DNA of 64,000 nucleotides from positions 1 through 64,000 of the IMG/VR virus record IMGVR_UViG_3300009130_000017; one strand, written 5' to 3'. Each line of letters starts with the position of its first letter. The first letter of the stretch is position 1. Of this stretch, positions 10,877 to 21,453 are shown piece after piece. Origin of the DNA: an uncultured virus (IMG/VR IMGVR_UViG_3300009130_000017) (taxonomy: Duplodnaviria > Heunggongvirae > Uroviricota > Caudoviricetes). The notes beneath the pieces were generated by a model that was not told the DNA's origin, ran no database searches, and saw nothing but the letters and a program-made list of their open reading frames with translations. A program made the translations under genes and the position numbers.

Positions 10877-11101
10877 ATGAAAGATAATCAAAACGACCTG
10901 TATGAGACGTCAGACCTTGGTATTGCTGCATATCTCATTATCAAGGGACGGCAACTTATATTGGCAGAAAAGAGGCCCGGTAGATATTCTTTCACTTTTT
11001 TAGGGAAGGATGAGTGCCAAAAATTGGCTGTACAGTACGTTAACACTGAATTCTCTCGCTTCGACGCTGCTCTAAAAAATCTAAAAAGCGTCATAAAATA
11101 G
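10877..11101 (+). CDS. Small hypothetical protein (74 aa), resembles DUF5659-type phage proteins
   Basis: In-frame ATG at 10877 preferred to TTG 10826. N-terminal YETSDLGIAAYL motif; the family was recalled from memory, not searched. Confidence 0.5.
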   Translation: MKDNQNDLYETSDLGIAAYLIIKGRQLILAEKRPGRYSFTFLGKDECQKLAVQYVNTEFSRFDAALKNLKSVIK

Positions 11102-11206
11102 ATTTTTGCTTTATATTTAAGTGTGTTAGTCATTAGTTTCGTCAGTCGCTTTGTTTGTATGTAAAGTTTCTTAGTTTTTAACAACTATAAAACAAGGAAA
11201 ATTTTT

Positions 11207-13498
11207 ATGGCTTCTAATACACAATTAAGACTATTACAGATGACCGGTTCATTCGGTATCGGTGCTGGTCAAATTAACGATTCAACCGCACAGAAAGCGC
11301 AAACAGGCTCTATTGCCTCAGCGGATCTTGGTGAGTCGTTATCTTATATGGCAGCTGCTATCCGCCGTATTCACGGGGGTGATTGGTTCTCTAATCAGAC
11401 AGCAGGTGTCTTCTCACAAACGTTAACACCAAGTACTATTGGTGGTTTCGATCTTGGTTCTACGGGCGCAGAATGGGGTGACATTTTTGTTGCCGACGGT
11501 AAGAAATTAGCTCTCGGTAGCGGTCAAGAGTCTTTCATCATTGATAAAGGTCCTGGTCTTCAAATCGGTTCATCCGAAGTAATCGATATCGGTATTGACG
11601 CAAACACGTCAGATATCAATATTGGTACTATCAACCAGGCTAAAACAATCACAATCGGTGACGATGCTTCAACGAAAGTTGATCTTAACGCCCTCGCGAT
11701 TGAACTTGATTCTGCTGGAAGTATTGTTCTTAACTCTACCACGACAACCACTCTAGATTCTACTACTGGAATGTCTTTAGACGCTGGTGCTGCTTCTAAC
11801 TTCACCACTTCTGCTGGCGCTTTAACGCTTGACGGTGCTGCTGGTGTGAGCATCGTTGGTAACGCTGCTGAAGTTGATGTTACGACGAGTGCTGCTCTTG
11901 ATCTTAACTCTGGCGCAGGTTCATGGGATGCATCTACACTATCATTAGACGCAACTGATGATTCAAACTTCACTGTTACAACTGCAGCTAAGGATCTTAC
12001 CCTTGCTGTTGCCGGCGGTGGAGCTCAGAAACTTCAGCTTGATTCTGCTGGTACAGGTACAGACGCTATCGATATCAGCGCTTCTGCTGGTGGTATCGAC
12101 GTTGACGCTGCTGCTGCTGTTGACATTCTTGCTGGAACCACAATGACCATTAAGGGCGCAGGCGCTTCCATATATGGTGATGATACTGCAACCCTCGATT
12201 TCGACGGTGCAGGCGCTGTTTCTGAAACTGGCATGACTTCGTTTGTAATCACACCAGGCGGTGTTACTACACTCGGTGGTACCGGACTCGTTACGCTAGA
12301 CTCTTCTGGCGCAGCAAATGACATCAATATTGGTGTCGAAGCCGCTGCTAAGGATATTGTTATCGGTAATGCTGCTTCTGCGAAAGTTGATGTTAATGCT
12401 CTTGTCATTGAGCTTGATGCTGCTAGCAAGGTTGTAGTAGATGCTGCTAGTACTGATGCTGATGCGGTAGCTGTCACGTCCTCTGGTGGTATTGATATCG
12501 GCGCTGCGGGTGGTGCTGTGGATGTTACTACATCTGCTGGGAATAACGCTATTAACGTTCTCCCACACGGTACCGGTACATTGACACTTGGTGCTGATGC
12601 TAATACCAAGGTTGACGTTAACGCTCTCGCTATTGAGCTTGATGCAGGCGCAACTGGTGTTCTTATCGACTCCCTTGGTGGTGTTGCTGTCAATGCAGAT
12701 GATAACTCTAGACTTGATCTCTCTACCGCGGCGAAGGGTTGGGAAATCCGCGCAACTGGTGGCGGCACAAACAGAGTTTCATTGATCTCTAGTGGTACTG
12801 CTGCTAATTCTGTTGAGATCCTTGGTGGTGGTGGTGTTCAAATCCATGCTGATCCTGGAAAATCGATTAATGCTGGTACTGGTGGACAAGCTGAGCTTTT
12901 TGTCACTCCGCACACTACTGCTGCTGACTCTAAGATCTCCATGGTTGCTGAGAACGGTACTGCTGTCAACATAACAACACCTAACAGCAACGCTCTGTCT
13001 CTTCAGGCGCCTGCTGGTGGTTGCCACCTTAGTGGTGATGCTCTGATTTTCTCCGGCTCTGGTGTTAACGCGATTACTTTCGCTGCTGATGGATCGATGA
13101 CTTCTGGTGTTGGTAACAAGGGTATTCTCTTTGCAGACCACGCTGAGTATGCCACATTCCGTGCTAACAGTGGAATGAATGCTGGTACTACAGTCATTGG
13201 TGCTATTAACACTCTTGCAAGTCAGGTTTCTGGTGCTACCGCTACGGTCTTCACCGGTTCAATCGTTGCTGATGTGGCTGCCGGCGGAAACGTTACAGTT
13301 GCTAAGCAGGCTGGTGATAATGCTAACCTGGTGACTACTTGCGGAATTCAGAAAGTACAGACGTATGTAAACGGTCAGTTACTCGTTTCATCTTCCATTG
13401 GTAAGACGAACGATTATCAAATCACAGCTAATAACACCATTCAGTTCCAATTTGGTCTGAAGATTGGTGATATGGTTATGGTTATCGACCGTTCGTGA
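11207..13498 (+). CDS. Ala/Gly/Thr-rich fibre-like virion protein (763 aa), probably highly expressed
   Basis: AAGGA SD; three KVD[LV]NAL[AV]IELD repeats; C-terminus resembles that of ORF 8643; GCT/GGT/ACT codon bias like the capsid gene; has its own terminator. Confidence 0.65.
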   Translation: MASNTQLRLLQMTGSFGIGAGQINDSTAQKAQTGSIASADLGESLSYMAAAIRRIHGGDWFSNQTAGVFSQTLTPSTIGGFDLGSTGAEWGDIFVADGKKLALGSGQESFIIDKGPGLQIGSSEVIDIGIDANTSDINIGTINQAKTITIGDDASTKVDLNALAIELDSAGSIVLNSTTTTTLDSTTGMSLDAGAASNFTTSAGALTLDGAAGVSIVGNAAEVDVTTSAALDLNSGAGSWDASTLSLDATDDSNFTVTTAAKDLTLAVAGGGAQKLQLDSAGTGTDAIDISASAGGIDVDAAAAVDILAGTTMTIKGAGASIYGDDTATLDFDGAGAVSETGMTSFVITPGGVTTLGGTGLVTLDSSGAANDINIGVEAAAKDIVIGNAASAKVDVNALVIELDAASKVVVDAASTDADAVAVTSSGGIDIGAAGGAVDVTTSAGNNAINVLPHGTGTLTLGADANTKVDVNALAIELDAGATGVLIDSLGGVAVNADDNSRLDLSTAAKGWEIRATGGGTNRVSLISSGTAANSVEILGGGGVQIHADPGKSINAGTGGQAELFVTPHTTAADSKISMVAENGTAVNITTPNSNALSLQAPAGGCHLSGDALIFSGSGVNAITFAADGSMTSGVGNKGILFADHAEYATFRANSGMNAGTTVIGAINTLASQVSGATATVFTGSIVADVAAGGNVTVAKQAGDNANLVTTCGIQKVQTYVNGQLLVSSSIGKTNDYQITANNTIQFQFGLKIGDMVMVIDRS

Positions 13499-13543
13499 AA
13501 CTAGTATAAACTCATGAGTTTCATGGGTGTTGACCTATTTTCT

Positions 13544-13572
13544 GGGGGCCGTCTTTGACGGCCCCCTTTTTT
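13544..13572 (+). terminator. Rho-independent terminator
   Basis: GGGGGCCGTC-TTT-GACGGCCCCC, a 10-bp perfect stem followed by TTTTTT. Confidence 0.9.
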
Positions 13573-13630
13573 ATATGTTGTGAAACATTTGTATAATATT
13601 GGTGTCTAGATAAGTCAAAAGGAGTGAGAT

Positions 13631-14194
13631 ATGCAAGATAACGAGTTTGCTGATATGCTTGACAAAAAAATAGCTGATTTAGTCGAGCGTCGCCGAGAGG
13701 TGACGGATAGACTTTTGGATGGTAATTTTCATGCGCAAACCGTCGCGGAAAGTATTAACGACGCATTAGATAGACTTGAGCAATTAGCATCACAGCAAGA
13801 ATTGGATATGATCGAAGAATTACTTTCTTTGCTTCAACAAGTTCCAGGCCTCGTAAAAAGCGTTTGGTCAACCACTATTGAGAATACAAGGGTTTATGAC
13901 CAAGAAATTGCACGATGGAAGGAGATGAGTGCCTATTATACACAATTTACCCAAAATAAGAAAAAAGAAGAAGAGGGTAAGAAAAAAGAAGAAGAGGGTA
14001 AGAAAAAAGAAGAAGAACCCTCGACCTCTCAGCGTGAGCAAATAGCTAATGGGGATATCTCTGAGCCCACTAGAATGGATGCCATAAGAAGACAACCAGG
14101 CCAGAGACCTTCGATGCGCTTATCTCGATTTAGACAATTGTCTGCTGAAATTGATAATGAGGAAACAACCGACGCAGATGATTCAAGAGGGTAA
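13631..14194 (+). CDS. Hypothetical acidic/coiled-coil protein (187 aa)
   Basis: AAGGAG SD; helical, charged sequence; KKKEEEG repeat. Confidence 0.75.
   Translation: MQDNEFADMLDKKIADLVERRREVTDRLLDGNFHAQTVAESINDALDRLEQLASQQELDMIEELLSLLQQVPGLVKSVWSTTIENTRVYDQEIARWKEMSAYYTQFTQNKKKEEEGKKKEEEGKKKEEEPSTSQREQIANGDISEPTRMDAIRRQPGQRPSMRLSRFRQLSAEIDNEETTDADDSRG
13957..14016 (+). repeat. 21-bp tandem repeat (~2.9 copies) encoding KKKEEEG
   Basis: TAAGAAAAAAGAAGAAGAGGG x2 plus a partial third copy; the copies are exact. Confidence 0.9.
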
Positions 14195-14205
14195 TACTTA
14201 TACCC

Positions 14206-15147
14206 ATGGCTGGCATATTAGATAAGAAAACACGCTTTATGGATTCGTTCCTTACCACGATGGGAAGGGAACAGATGGCGAAGGGTGAGCTTAATTTTGC
14301 ATTCGCAATCTTTTCAGATTACGCTACATTCTATGAGTCTTCTCTAGAAGATCCAGATATAGCATCAGACGCTGTTAATCGAGTATTTTTTGAAGCTGCC
14401 AATCGACCGCAGGATCTAGTAATACCTGAATTTGATGATGATGGTGGGATTATTTACCCTGCTGGTGATTTTGATATGGTCAATGGTCAACTCAAGATCG
14501 TGACCGGTTCTTCGAACGCCAGCTTAACAGGAGAGTCTTTAATCACATCTGCCTCCGCTGCGATTAGTGACTGTATAGAGTCATTTGCTGCTATGCAGCC
14601 TTTACGGACGGAAGAGGTCCTTACTGACAGCACAGGATTTGAATTAAGCCAAAATACCGGAGAATTTTTAGTTACTACAAATCTACCTATTTCTCCTGGA
14701 GTTCCAACACAGATAAGTCTTTCTAATATTGAGAGCTTGTGGCAAGATAAGAAATTAACACATGTTCCAAATTACCAATTTAAGCCACCCGTTAACAAAA
14801 TTTCTAAGAAAGAGTTACGTACTTACCCCAAGCTTCAGCAACCGGCTCCGCATACATTTACTGATCTTGAGACCGAACTTGGCGCTAATGACCCAAGCGG
14901 TGAAACAGGTGTTGGGCCGCCAATCAGCCTAACATTTCCAGCGACCAGTAATGACAATAATCTTGTATGTCAGGTATGGGAAGTTTGTAGTGGCAGTATA
15001 AATAAATTACGCATGATTGATTTTGGGGAATTTGAAGACGGAGACCCATATAGTCCTGGTAAGCATGTCTTCTTTGTTGGAAAGCTATTCACTGATGATG
15101 GTGGTGGATCAACTTTCTTAAATCTATTTACTGTGGTTTTCGATTAA
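14206..15147 (+). CDS. Baseplate/fibre-attachment-type structural protein (313 aa), paralog of 23303
   Basis: N-terminus GILDKKTRFMDSFLTTMGREQMAKG aligns by eye with GFLDNSTNNIIVDAVLTDYGRELLSR of ORF 23303. Confidence 0.55.
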   Translation: MAGILDKKTRFMDSFLTTMGREQMAKGELNFAFAIFSDYATFYESSLEDPDIASDAVNRVFFEAANRPQDLVIPEFDDDGGIIYPAGDFDMVNGQLKIVTGSSNASLTGESLITSASAAISDCIESFAAMQPLRTEEVLTDSTGFELSQNTGEFLVTTNLPISPGVPTQISLSNIESLWQDKKLTHVPNYQFKPPVNKISKKELRTYPKLQQPAPHTFTDLETELGANDPSGETGVGPPISLTFPATSNDNNLVCQVWEVCSGSINKLRMIDFGEFEDGDPYSPGKHVFFVGKLFTDDGGGSTFLNLFTVVFD

Positions 15148-17678
15148 TGATTTTTACACTCCCAACGATGAAAGACACCATGTCATTCGAGTCTTTTCCT
15201 GCTCGTCTTGTTGCTGTCACTGGGGAAAATGGTCAACGAATGTTTTTATATGAAATAGAAATGGCCGTTGATATTGAGAAGTGCATCTATAATGATGGCT
15301 TGACTATAGACATTGATATTCTTCCGAAGAAGCCCACCCCTATACTTGATAGAAAGCCTTCGAAAGTTAGCAGTGGTAGAGCTTTTACTCGAAAAACAAA
15401 AACCATGGAGCGTGATCTAAGGAAGGAGAAAAAGCTCAGACAAGAGAAGATTATTTGTCATAAAAAAGTTGACCTAACGAAATATGTTAGTAATTCTTTG
15501 GCGAAATTAATAAAACGAAGAAAATCACAAAAGAATACCAGGCTTGCAGCTGGTAGAAAAGGGCAATTTTCTTCTGTCTCTGGAGTGACTTCTGGAAAGA
15601 TGGCGTCTGTTTCATCAAATCCACTTGCGTCTTCACAAATTCTGATTGGGTCATCGCCTATTGCTTCCCCTCTAGCATCGCAGCCTGTGGCCACCACAAT
15701 ATCACAAAGAACTGTCATTCCGCTAAAGAGTATATCTAATTCTTTCCTTTCAGCAAAAACGGACCCTGCTCAGATAGCCAAGACCTCAGTGACACGTCTT
15801 CCATCGGCAGTTGGGGAGAAAGCACAAAGCTTTCTATTTACTCCCACATTGAAAACAGCGCCATTACCAATGTTTCGAATTTTTACCAAGAAGAAAAAAA
15901 TAAAATTCAGGGTGACAATTCTTGAAAAACGGTTGAAGTCTTTAGCAACTTATTACATCCGAGCAAGGCTGAGGAATGATAAGAGGGTTAAGCTGGAAGA
16001 GATCGGAACTGTCATTCAGCACTCCAAATTGTTAAATGATTATCTTACGCCTATAAAAGAGCCTCATATCGAAGCATCTATAATAAAAGCTGGAAAGATA
16101 TCTATCGGTGTTAGACAGGTAGACAATAAAGCAAAGTCTGTCCGCGTTTTTCGACGTACTGGACCTGCTGAGACCGGTGGCTCAGATGGTGGCTCTTCTT
16201 GGTCTGAGATTATTGAAACACCTCTACTTAGCACTGATGATGAGCTTCGATTCATAGATGATTTTGCAACAAGCAGAACAGTTATATATAGGGCCGTTGC
16301 CTTGGGGGAGAATATGAGGTCCGCGGAAGACTTTGGTTCTGCCGTACTACTGCCTATTAAAGAAATGAAGGTTGAGCAAACAACAGCACTATCTGCTGTC
16401 GCCACTGTTAATAATAATGGCGAGTCTGTGAGGATAACAGTTTCAGATATACCCACAGATGCAGTGTGTGTAATGCTCAGAAGGTATGATATGACTTATC
16501 ACTCATACTCATCCTTCCAGTCGGGAAAATCTGCTGGATTTGAGTTTGTGGGTTCAACCCCTGAGCAACAGCAGCAATATGTTGTTGGTGATTCAGACGC
16601 CAGTGTATCGTGGGTCGATAGACGAGTAAAGCTAGGACGAGATTATCGTTATGTGCCTATCGCAATAATGAAAAGAGGTAAAGAGGTTATTGGAACTGAT
16701 GCACTTATGGAGCTTCCGAATTCCACTGAAGATAACGATAAAGTTTCTCTCACGGCCCCTCGTCCAGTTACCATAGTTAAGAATCAAATTCCAGCAATTT
16801 CTTTTGAACTTAAAGCTGCGTTTACAGATTTTGGATTTGAAGAAGTAAAGTCTGCTCTTCAGACGGGTGATCAAGTTACTCTTTTCGATCAAGACCTTTT
16901 TCAAGAAAGAAGTAATTTTGCCGAATTAATAAATTTCTTGGTTGAGAGAGAAAATTTCGTGACGGGAGAAGTTGAGTCTTTTGGTGTGCATCAGCAGGGC
17001 CCTTTTGAAGATAATATTGAGACTCAAGCTGAAAAGAATGTCGCACCTCTACAGGTAGGAGTAAGATATGGGTATAGAGTGACAGCTCTTGTTAGGTCTG
17101 CTGAATCATTGTTCCCGAAGCTTGCGTCATCAACAGTTAATAGCGACACTCTTCTAAAATACAAGAGGGCAATCGGTAAATTTCGAAATCCTCTCGCTCT
17201 CCGAAGAGGTACGCTACAATCTACCTCTCGTCAAAATAATATGAATGCTCCCAGTAAAATTGAACCTGTGGATCCGTTCCTGGCCGGAAGAACTAATGTG
17301 CAAAAGAGGGTAGAGGTGAATATCCCCATTCCGTCGAAGCCTGGATTTAAGGTGATAAGTGAGAATCGTGGAGATAATCGACTAGTCAAATGGACATATT
17401 ATGGGCATCTGAATCAAATTGATCATTTTCAGATTTTTGCATGTACCGACGGAGGAAGACAATTATTGGGGACTGTCCATGCAGATTCTGCGTCTGCTAA
17501 TTTCATGTTTAGACATTTTACGAGAGGATATTCTACTTCTTATTTTTATGAAGTACATGCCATTAAATTAGACTATAAAGTTAAGGACCGATATCGATCT
17601 GCTGTTATCAAACCAAAACAGTATGACAAGCAATTAAAGCGTGGCTCCAGGACTTCTAAAAAGATAGTGAGATTATAA
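15147..17678 (+). CDS. Large hypothetical protein (843 aa), basic N-terminus and beta-rich Ig/FN3-like segments
   Basis: TAATG overlap with the upstream stop. Segments such as VRVFRR..W and DYRYVPIAI, GYRVTALV are reminiscent of FN3 strands. Confidence 0.55.
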   Translation: MIFTLPTMKDTMSFESFPARLVAVTGENGQRMFLYEIEMAVDIEKCIYNDGLTIDIDILPKKPTPILDRKPSKVSSGRAFTRKTKTMERDLRKEKKLRQEKIICHKKVDLTKYVSNSLAKLIKRRKSQKNTRLAAGRKGQFSSVSGVTSGKMASVSSNPLASSQILIGSSPIASPLASQPVATTISQRTVIPLKSISNSFLSAKTDPAQIAKTSVTRLPSAVGEKAQSFLFTPTLKTAPLPMFRIFTKKKKIKFRVTILEKRLKSLATYYIRARLRNDKRVKLEEIGTVIQHSKLLNDYLTPIKEPHIEASIIKAGKISIGVRQVDNKAKSVRVFRRTGPAETGGSDGGSSWSEIIETPLLSTDDELRFIDDFATSRTVIYRAVALGENMRSAEDFGSAVLLPIKEMKVEQTTALSAVATVNNNGESVRITVSDIPTDAVCVMLRRYDMTYHSYSSFQSGKSAGFEFVGSTPEQQQQYVVGDSDASVSWVDRRVKLGRDYRYVPIAIMKRGKEVIGTDALMELPNSTEDNDKVSLTAPRPVTIVKNQIPAISFELKAAFTDFGFEEVKSALQTGDQVTLFDQDLFQERSNFAELINFLVERENFVTGEVESFGVHQQGPFEDNIETQAEKNVAPLQVGVRYGYRVTALVRSAESLFPKLASSTVNSDTLLKYKRAIGKFRNPLALRRGTLQSTSRQNNMNAPSKIEPVDPFLAGRTNVQKRVEVNIPIPSKPGFKVISENRGDNRLVKWTYYGHLNQIDHFQIFACTDGGRQLLGTVHADSASANFMFRHFTRGYSTSYFYEVHAIKLDYKVKDRYRSAVIKPKQYDKQLKRGSRTSKKIVRL

Positions 17679-17679
17679 G

Positions 17680-20600
17680 ATGCCAGACTTAATTTCGGAT
17701 ATGAAGCTAGATTCTCTAGTAAACGTAGAAAAAGAAGAAGTGGTATCATTAATTGAGCTTCTATTAGGCAATCAAGCCACGACGTATAATAAAGAAAAAG
17801 AGCGAGCAAGAAATACATCCACACCCGGTGTGAAAGTCAAAAGTCGAAAAGACCGCAGACGGTCGGGAAGAAGCGCAAAAACAAGAAATAAGCAAAAGTC
17901 AAAGACTGGTTCATCTGTACAAAAGATGGAACAACTACGAGTAGCGAATATTCGTCAAGAAAAAAGAAAGCAGGCCCTCTTAAAATACCAAACGCAAAAG
18001 GGACAGAAAAAGACTTCACCCACCTCAGACCAGGCTGGTGATGCGGCATCATCGAAAAGGGCTGATACTAAGAGGGCTGAGAAAGAAGCCAATTCAATAG
18101 AGATCAATCCCGCAATGCGACCAGTTATTCTTGCGTTGATAGACTTCAAGCCTGTTTTTGATTCAGAATCAAATGTGACAGCTGTCGGTAATACGATTAA
18201 GGCAAAAAGGGCTGCTCGTGCTTTAAGAGTAGAGAACCTTTTAGATATCGATACATCAGAAGAATTAATAGGAGAATTGGACTGGCTCGCTGCTCATGTT
18301 TCAAATTTGGCGGCACAACAATCTTTTCTTGATTCACTTGATGCAACCAATATAGAAATGTATGAAGAGGCATTGTCAGCATTTGAGCTTGATTCCGCGT
18401 CTGTTTCTTCGGCTTCGAATACAGAGGTTTTATATACACTGATAAGAGACTACTGCTATTCATTAACATCTTGTACGCCACGCTTACTTGAATTATCGAC
18501 AAGAGAGTTCGAGGCTGGTTCTAAACTTGTGAAATGGGAAGGAGACCCGAATTATGTACGAAGGTCTTTGTCTTTCTCTACAGCCATTGGGGGGTTATAC
18601 GATCGTCTACCAGAAGATAGTGAGATTGGACTCCGGCAATTATTGGCGACAATTTCTAGAGAGCTGTTGTTGTCTTATAACAAACAACAGAACAATATTG
18701 ATGATGCAGATGCAGAGATATACCCTAAAGGACAAGGCAAAGCATATCAGGGATATGGTTTCTGTTCTTATCTAAACGTCTATCCAGGTACCTCAAAATT
18801 TCAACCACTTACCAAAGGAGTGTCTGAGAGCGATGCTTTTGGGACGTTTAATATGAATGGATTATTATATCCTTCCGTAGTGAATGGTCAAAAAGTTGCA
18901 GTCTATCCTTTCGAAAAATCTGAGTTAATCACATCCTCTCGTTATAAAAGCACTGACTCTGCTCCTGATGAAGTCAAAAAGATTTATGCCGCACAAGAAC
19001 CAGAGGCAGGACTAGCACCTTATTCAGAGATATCTTCAAGGTGGACAGATGCTAAAACAACAATCGAGGATTTGCTAGACACAGAAATGCTTGGCCTTGA
19101 TGGCTCACCAGGATCAGAGGTCTTGGAGGTGATTTGCAGAAATATAGTGCTAAAGTGTTTGGAGGCGTTACCCGAATCCTCAGCATCCTCAGCCGGTGTT
19201 TCTGATGCTTTACAAATTGCTTGGCTGTGTGCAGCTGGTAGGGATTCAGAAGCATGGCAGTGGTTATTTTTATATTTGGCGTTTTTGCAGGATCAAGTGT
19301 CGGGTGTAGCAATAACGGGAGAGCAAACAAATTTAGCTGCTCTTTCGTGGGTGGTTCGAAATGATTCAACTCTCATACAGTTGATAGGGAAACCGAGCTC
19401 CAGTACTTCAAAGACACAATTCTTTAGCGTGCCTGAATCAACAATATCTGTCACACCCAAACCAGACGATTGGTCGAACCCAACGACAATCGACCCAATG
19501 TCTGTGAAACAAAAAACAGAATTAGCTGAGGGGGAGTCATCAGAAAACTCATCTCTCCAATCATATTTTGACTTAACGTGGGAAGAGGTCTGTGAGCTGT
19601 GCGCGATGGGAATGCGCGCCAAATTATCTACAACAACCAATTCGACCGAGGACGAGTTATCAGACAAGACGACTGCGAAGGTTGATGATTTTAAAGAAGC
19701 CCTGATGGCGCTTTCCACTACATCTGACTCAATATTCTTAAGCTTACTAGAGCTATTAAATGATGCTGTGTTTTTATTCGGGAATAACTGCATTGACGAT
19801 CTAGAGTTGACGAATTACAGTCAGTTTCCCGCTAATCGATTACATGGTTTCATAATTCAAGCGGCCGCGAAAACTGCATCATTTTATATCGACGACCTTA
19901 CTTCAACCAGCGGCGCCATGTCGTCAGTTTTTGAAAGCTCTGCTTCTGATATTATCGCGTCTAGTGTATCCAAAGTTTCGAGTGGTGGTGGGTTGAAGAT
20001 TATGGGCCCGAGAATGGCTGCATCATGGAGCTCATCAGCAGAGTCTGGTACTTCAATTGCGGGCTTAAATATGACGTTCCAATATGCTGGGGTGGCTGAT
20101 CGTAAATCTGCATTGGAGACATTTCTTGACTCTGAAGAACAAGACGCCACACTTTTAGAAGAGCAGTCTTCTGCTCTATCTCGTACTTTCTCTGCATTAG
20201 ATGAAAATTATGAGTTTATATCAGGCTTTATAGAGTCTTTAGACTCTTACTTTTCGAATGTAAGGGACACATTTTCTGCTATTGTTGATGTAATTGTGGC
20301 AGATATAGACGAAGAGACAGAGGGGACACAGACCCTCATTGATAGAATTAGAGAGGGGCTTCCTTTATCTACTGATATGTGTAAGATGCTTCTAAATTAT
20401 ATTAGGGTTTATGATTCTTCTGATTCTACTTATCAAGACATTCGCACTAGAGATAAGGCTTTAGTATGTTCTAATGTGGCATTTATGTCAAGTATCCTAC
20501 AAGAAGAAGATTTTTGTGAGCCTGACAAGTTAAAGTATATGGTGGTTGGAATTCCAGCCGGTTGTCTTGACATGACAAAAGAAGATCCTGTTGATTTAGA

Positions 20601-21453
20601 AGAGGTTGATAGAGAGATAACAACGCCTTCAAGAAATAATTTTTCGGTGTCAATAGAAAAAGTCGACTTGACACGACCTGAGTTAGAGTATGAAGACAAA
20701 GAGTATTTATTTTCTAGAAACCTCTTTATCAATCAAATCGATGACAGCACAGAGGGTGAGATAATCGTAAACTTTGATAGTATCGATAAAGATTTCTCTG
20801 TGACAGAACAAGCAGAATCCGGACTTTCCTCTGAAACCTATAGCGATGAGCAAGTGAATAATCTTAAAAATGATTTCGCGCTTAAACTGTACTCTGATCT
20901 CTTTTTGGATTTAGACTTTTTCGAAGATGCTTATCCCAATGGCTCATCTCAGCGTAGGGATGTGCTAACTGGATCCATATCATTACCATCGCTGGATGGA
21001 GTAGATAAAGATGCAAATGCATTTTTATCAGGTAGTAATATAGCGTTTGATACAGATGATAGGAAGATCGAGGGCTTCACATTTTATTCTGAGGGCTCTG
21101 AAATGCTAAACATGGATTTGTTTAAGGACCTAGACCCCGTTGCGTTCTCTGTGTATTCTTATCTTAATTCTTATGGTACTGTTGCCAACGCGTCTGCAAA
21201 GAAAGATTCGTTAAAATATGGCACAATATTTGAGCGGGTTGTGGCGATTCCATTTGACCCTACATCATTTGAGGTTGAGATATCAACAGAAGACGAAACC
21301 TCTGCTGAGACGAATGCAAAAAATGAAAAGCTCACAGAGGCTGAAACTGAGGTAGGTATTGGATTGGAAACATCACAAGGCGTTGAGATGGCTAATTATA
21401 GGGTATATGTAACTATACCAGACACAGGAAGTGAGGAGACCACGTCAGAATGA
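17680..21453 (+). CDS. Large hypothetical protein (1257 aa), Lys/Arg-rich N-terminus and acidic body
   Basis: Long ORF abutting both neighbours; no recognised motif. Confidence 0.6.
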   Translation: MPDLISDMKLDSLVNVEKEEVVSLIELLLGNQATTYNKEKERARNTSTPGVKVKSRKDRRRSGRSAKTRNKQKSKTGSSVQKMEQLRVANIRQEKRKQALLKYQTQKGQKKTSPTSDQAGDAASSKRADTKRAEKEANSIEINPAMRPVILALIDFKPVFDSESNVTAVGNTIKAKRAARALRVENLLDIDTSEELIGELDWLAAHVSNLAAQQSFLDSLDATNIEMYEEALSAFELDSASVSSASNTEVLYTLIRDYCYSLTSCTPRLLELSTREFEAGSKLVKWEGDPNYVRRSLSFSTAIGGLYDRLPEDSEIGLRQLLATISRELLLSYNKQQNNIDDADAEIYPKGQGKAYQGYGFCSYLNVYPGTSKFQPLTKGVSESDAFGTFNMNGLLYPSVVNGQKVAVYPFEKSELITSSRYKSTDSAPDEVKKIYAAQEPEAGLAPYSEISSRWTDAKTTIEDLLDTEMLGLDGSPGSEVLEVICRNIVLKCLEALPESSASSAGVSDALQIAWLCAAGRDSEAWQWLFLYLAFLQDQVSGVAITGEQTNLAALSWVVRNDSTLIQLIGKPSSSTSKTQFFSVPESTISVTPKPDDWSNPTTIDPMSVKQKTELAEGESSENSSLQSYFDLTWEEVCELCAMGMRAKLSTTTNSTEDELSDKTTAKVDDFKEALMALSTTSDSIFLSLLELLNDAVFLFGNNCIDDLELTNYSQFPANRLHGFIIQAAAKTASFYIDDLTSTSGAMSSVFESSASDIIASSVSKVSSGGGLKIMGPRMAASWSSSAESGTSIAGLNMTFQYAGVADRKSALETFLDSEEQDATLLEEQSSALSRTFSALDENYEFISGFIESLDSYFSNVRDTFSAIVDVIVADIDEETEGTQTLIDRIREGLPLSTDMCKMLLNYIRVYDSSDSTYQDIRTRDKALVCSNVAFMSSILQEEDFCEPDKLKYMVVGIPAGCLDMTKEDPVDLEEVDREITTPSRNNFSVSIEKVDLTRPELEYEDKEYLFSRNLFINQIDDSTEGEIIVNFDSIDKDFSVTEQAESGLSSETYSDEQVNNLKNDFALKLYSDLFLDLDFFEDAYPNGSSQRRDVLTGSISLPSLDGVDKDANAFLSGSNIAFDTDDRKIEGFTFYSEGSEMLNMDLFKDLDPVAFSVYSYLNSYGTVANASAKKDSLKYGTIFERVVAIPFDPTSFEVEISTEDETSAETNAKNEKLTEAETEVGIGLETSQGVEMANYRVYVTIPDTGSEETTSE

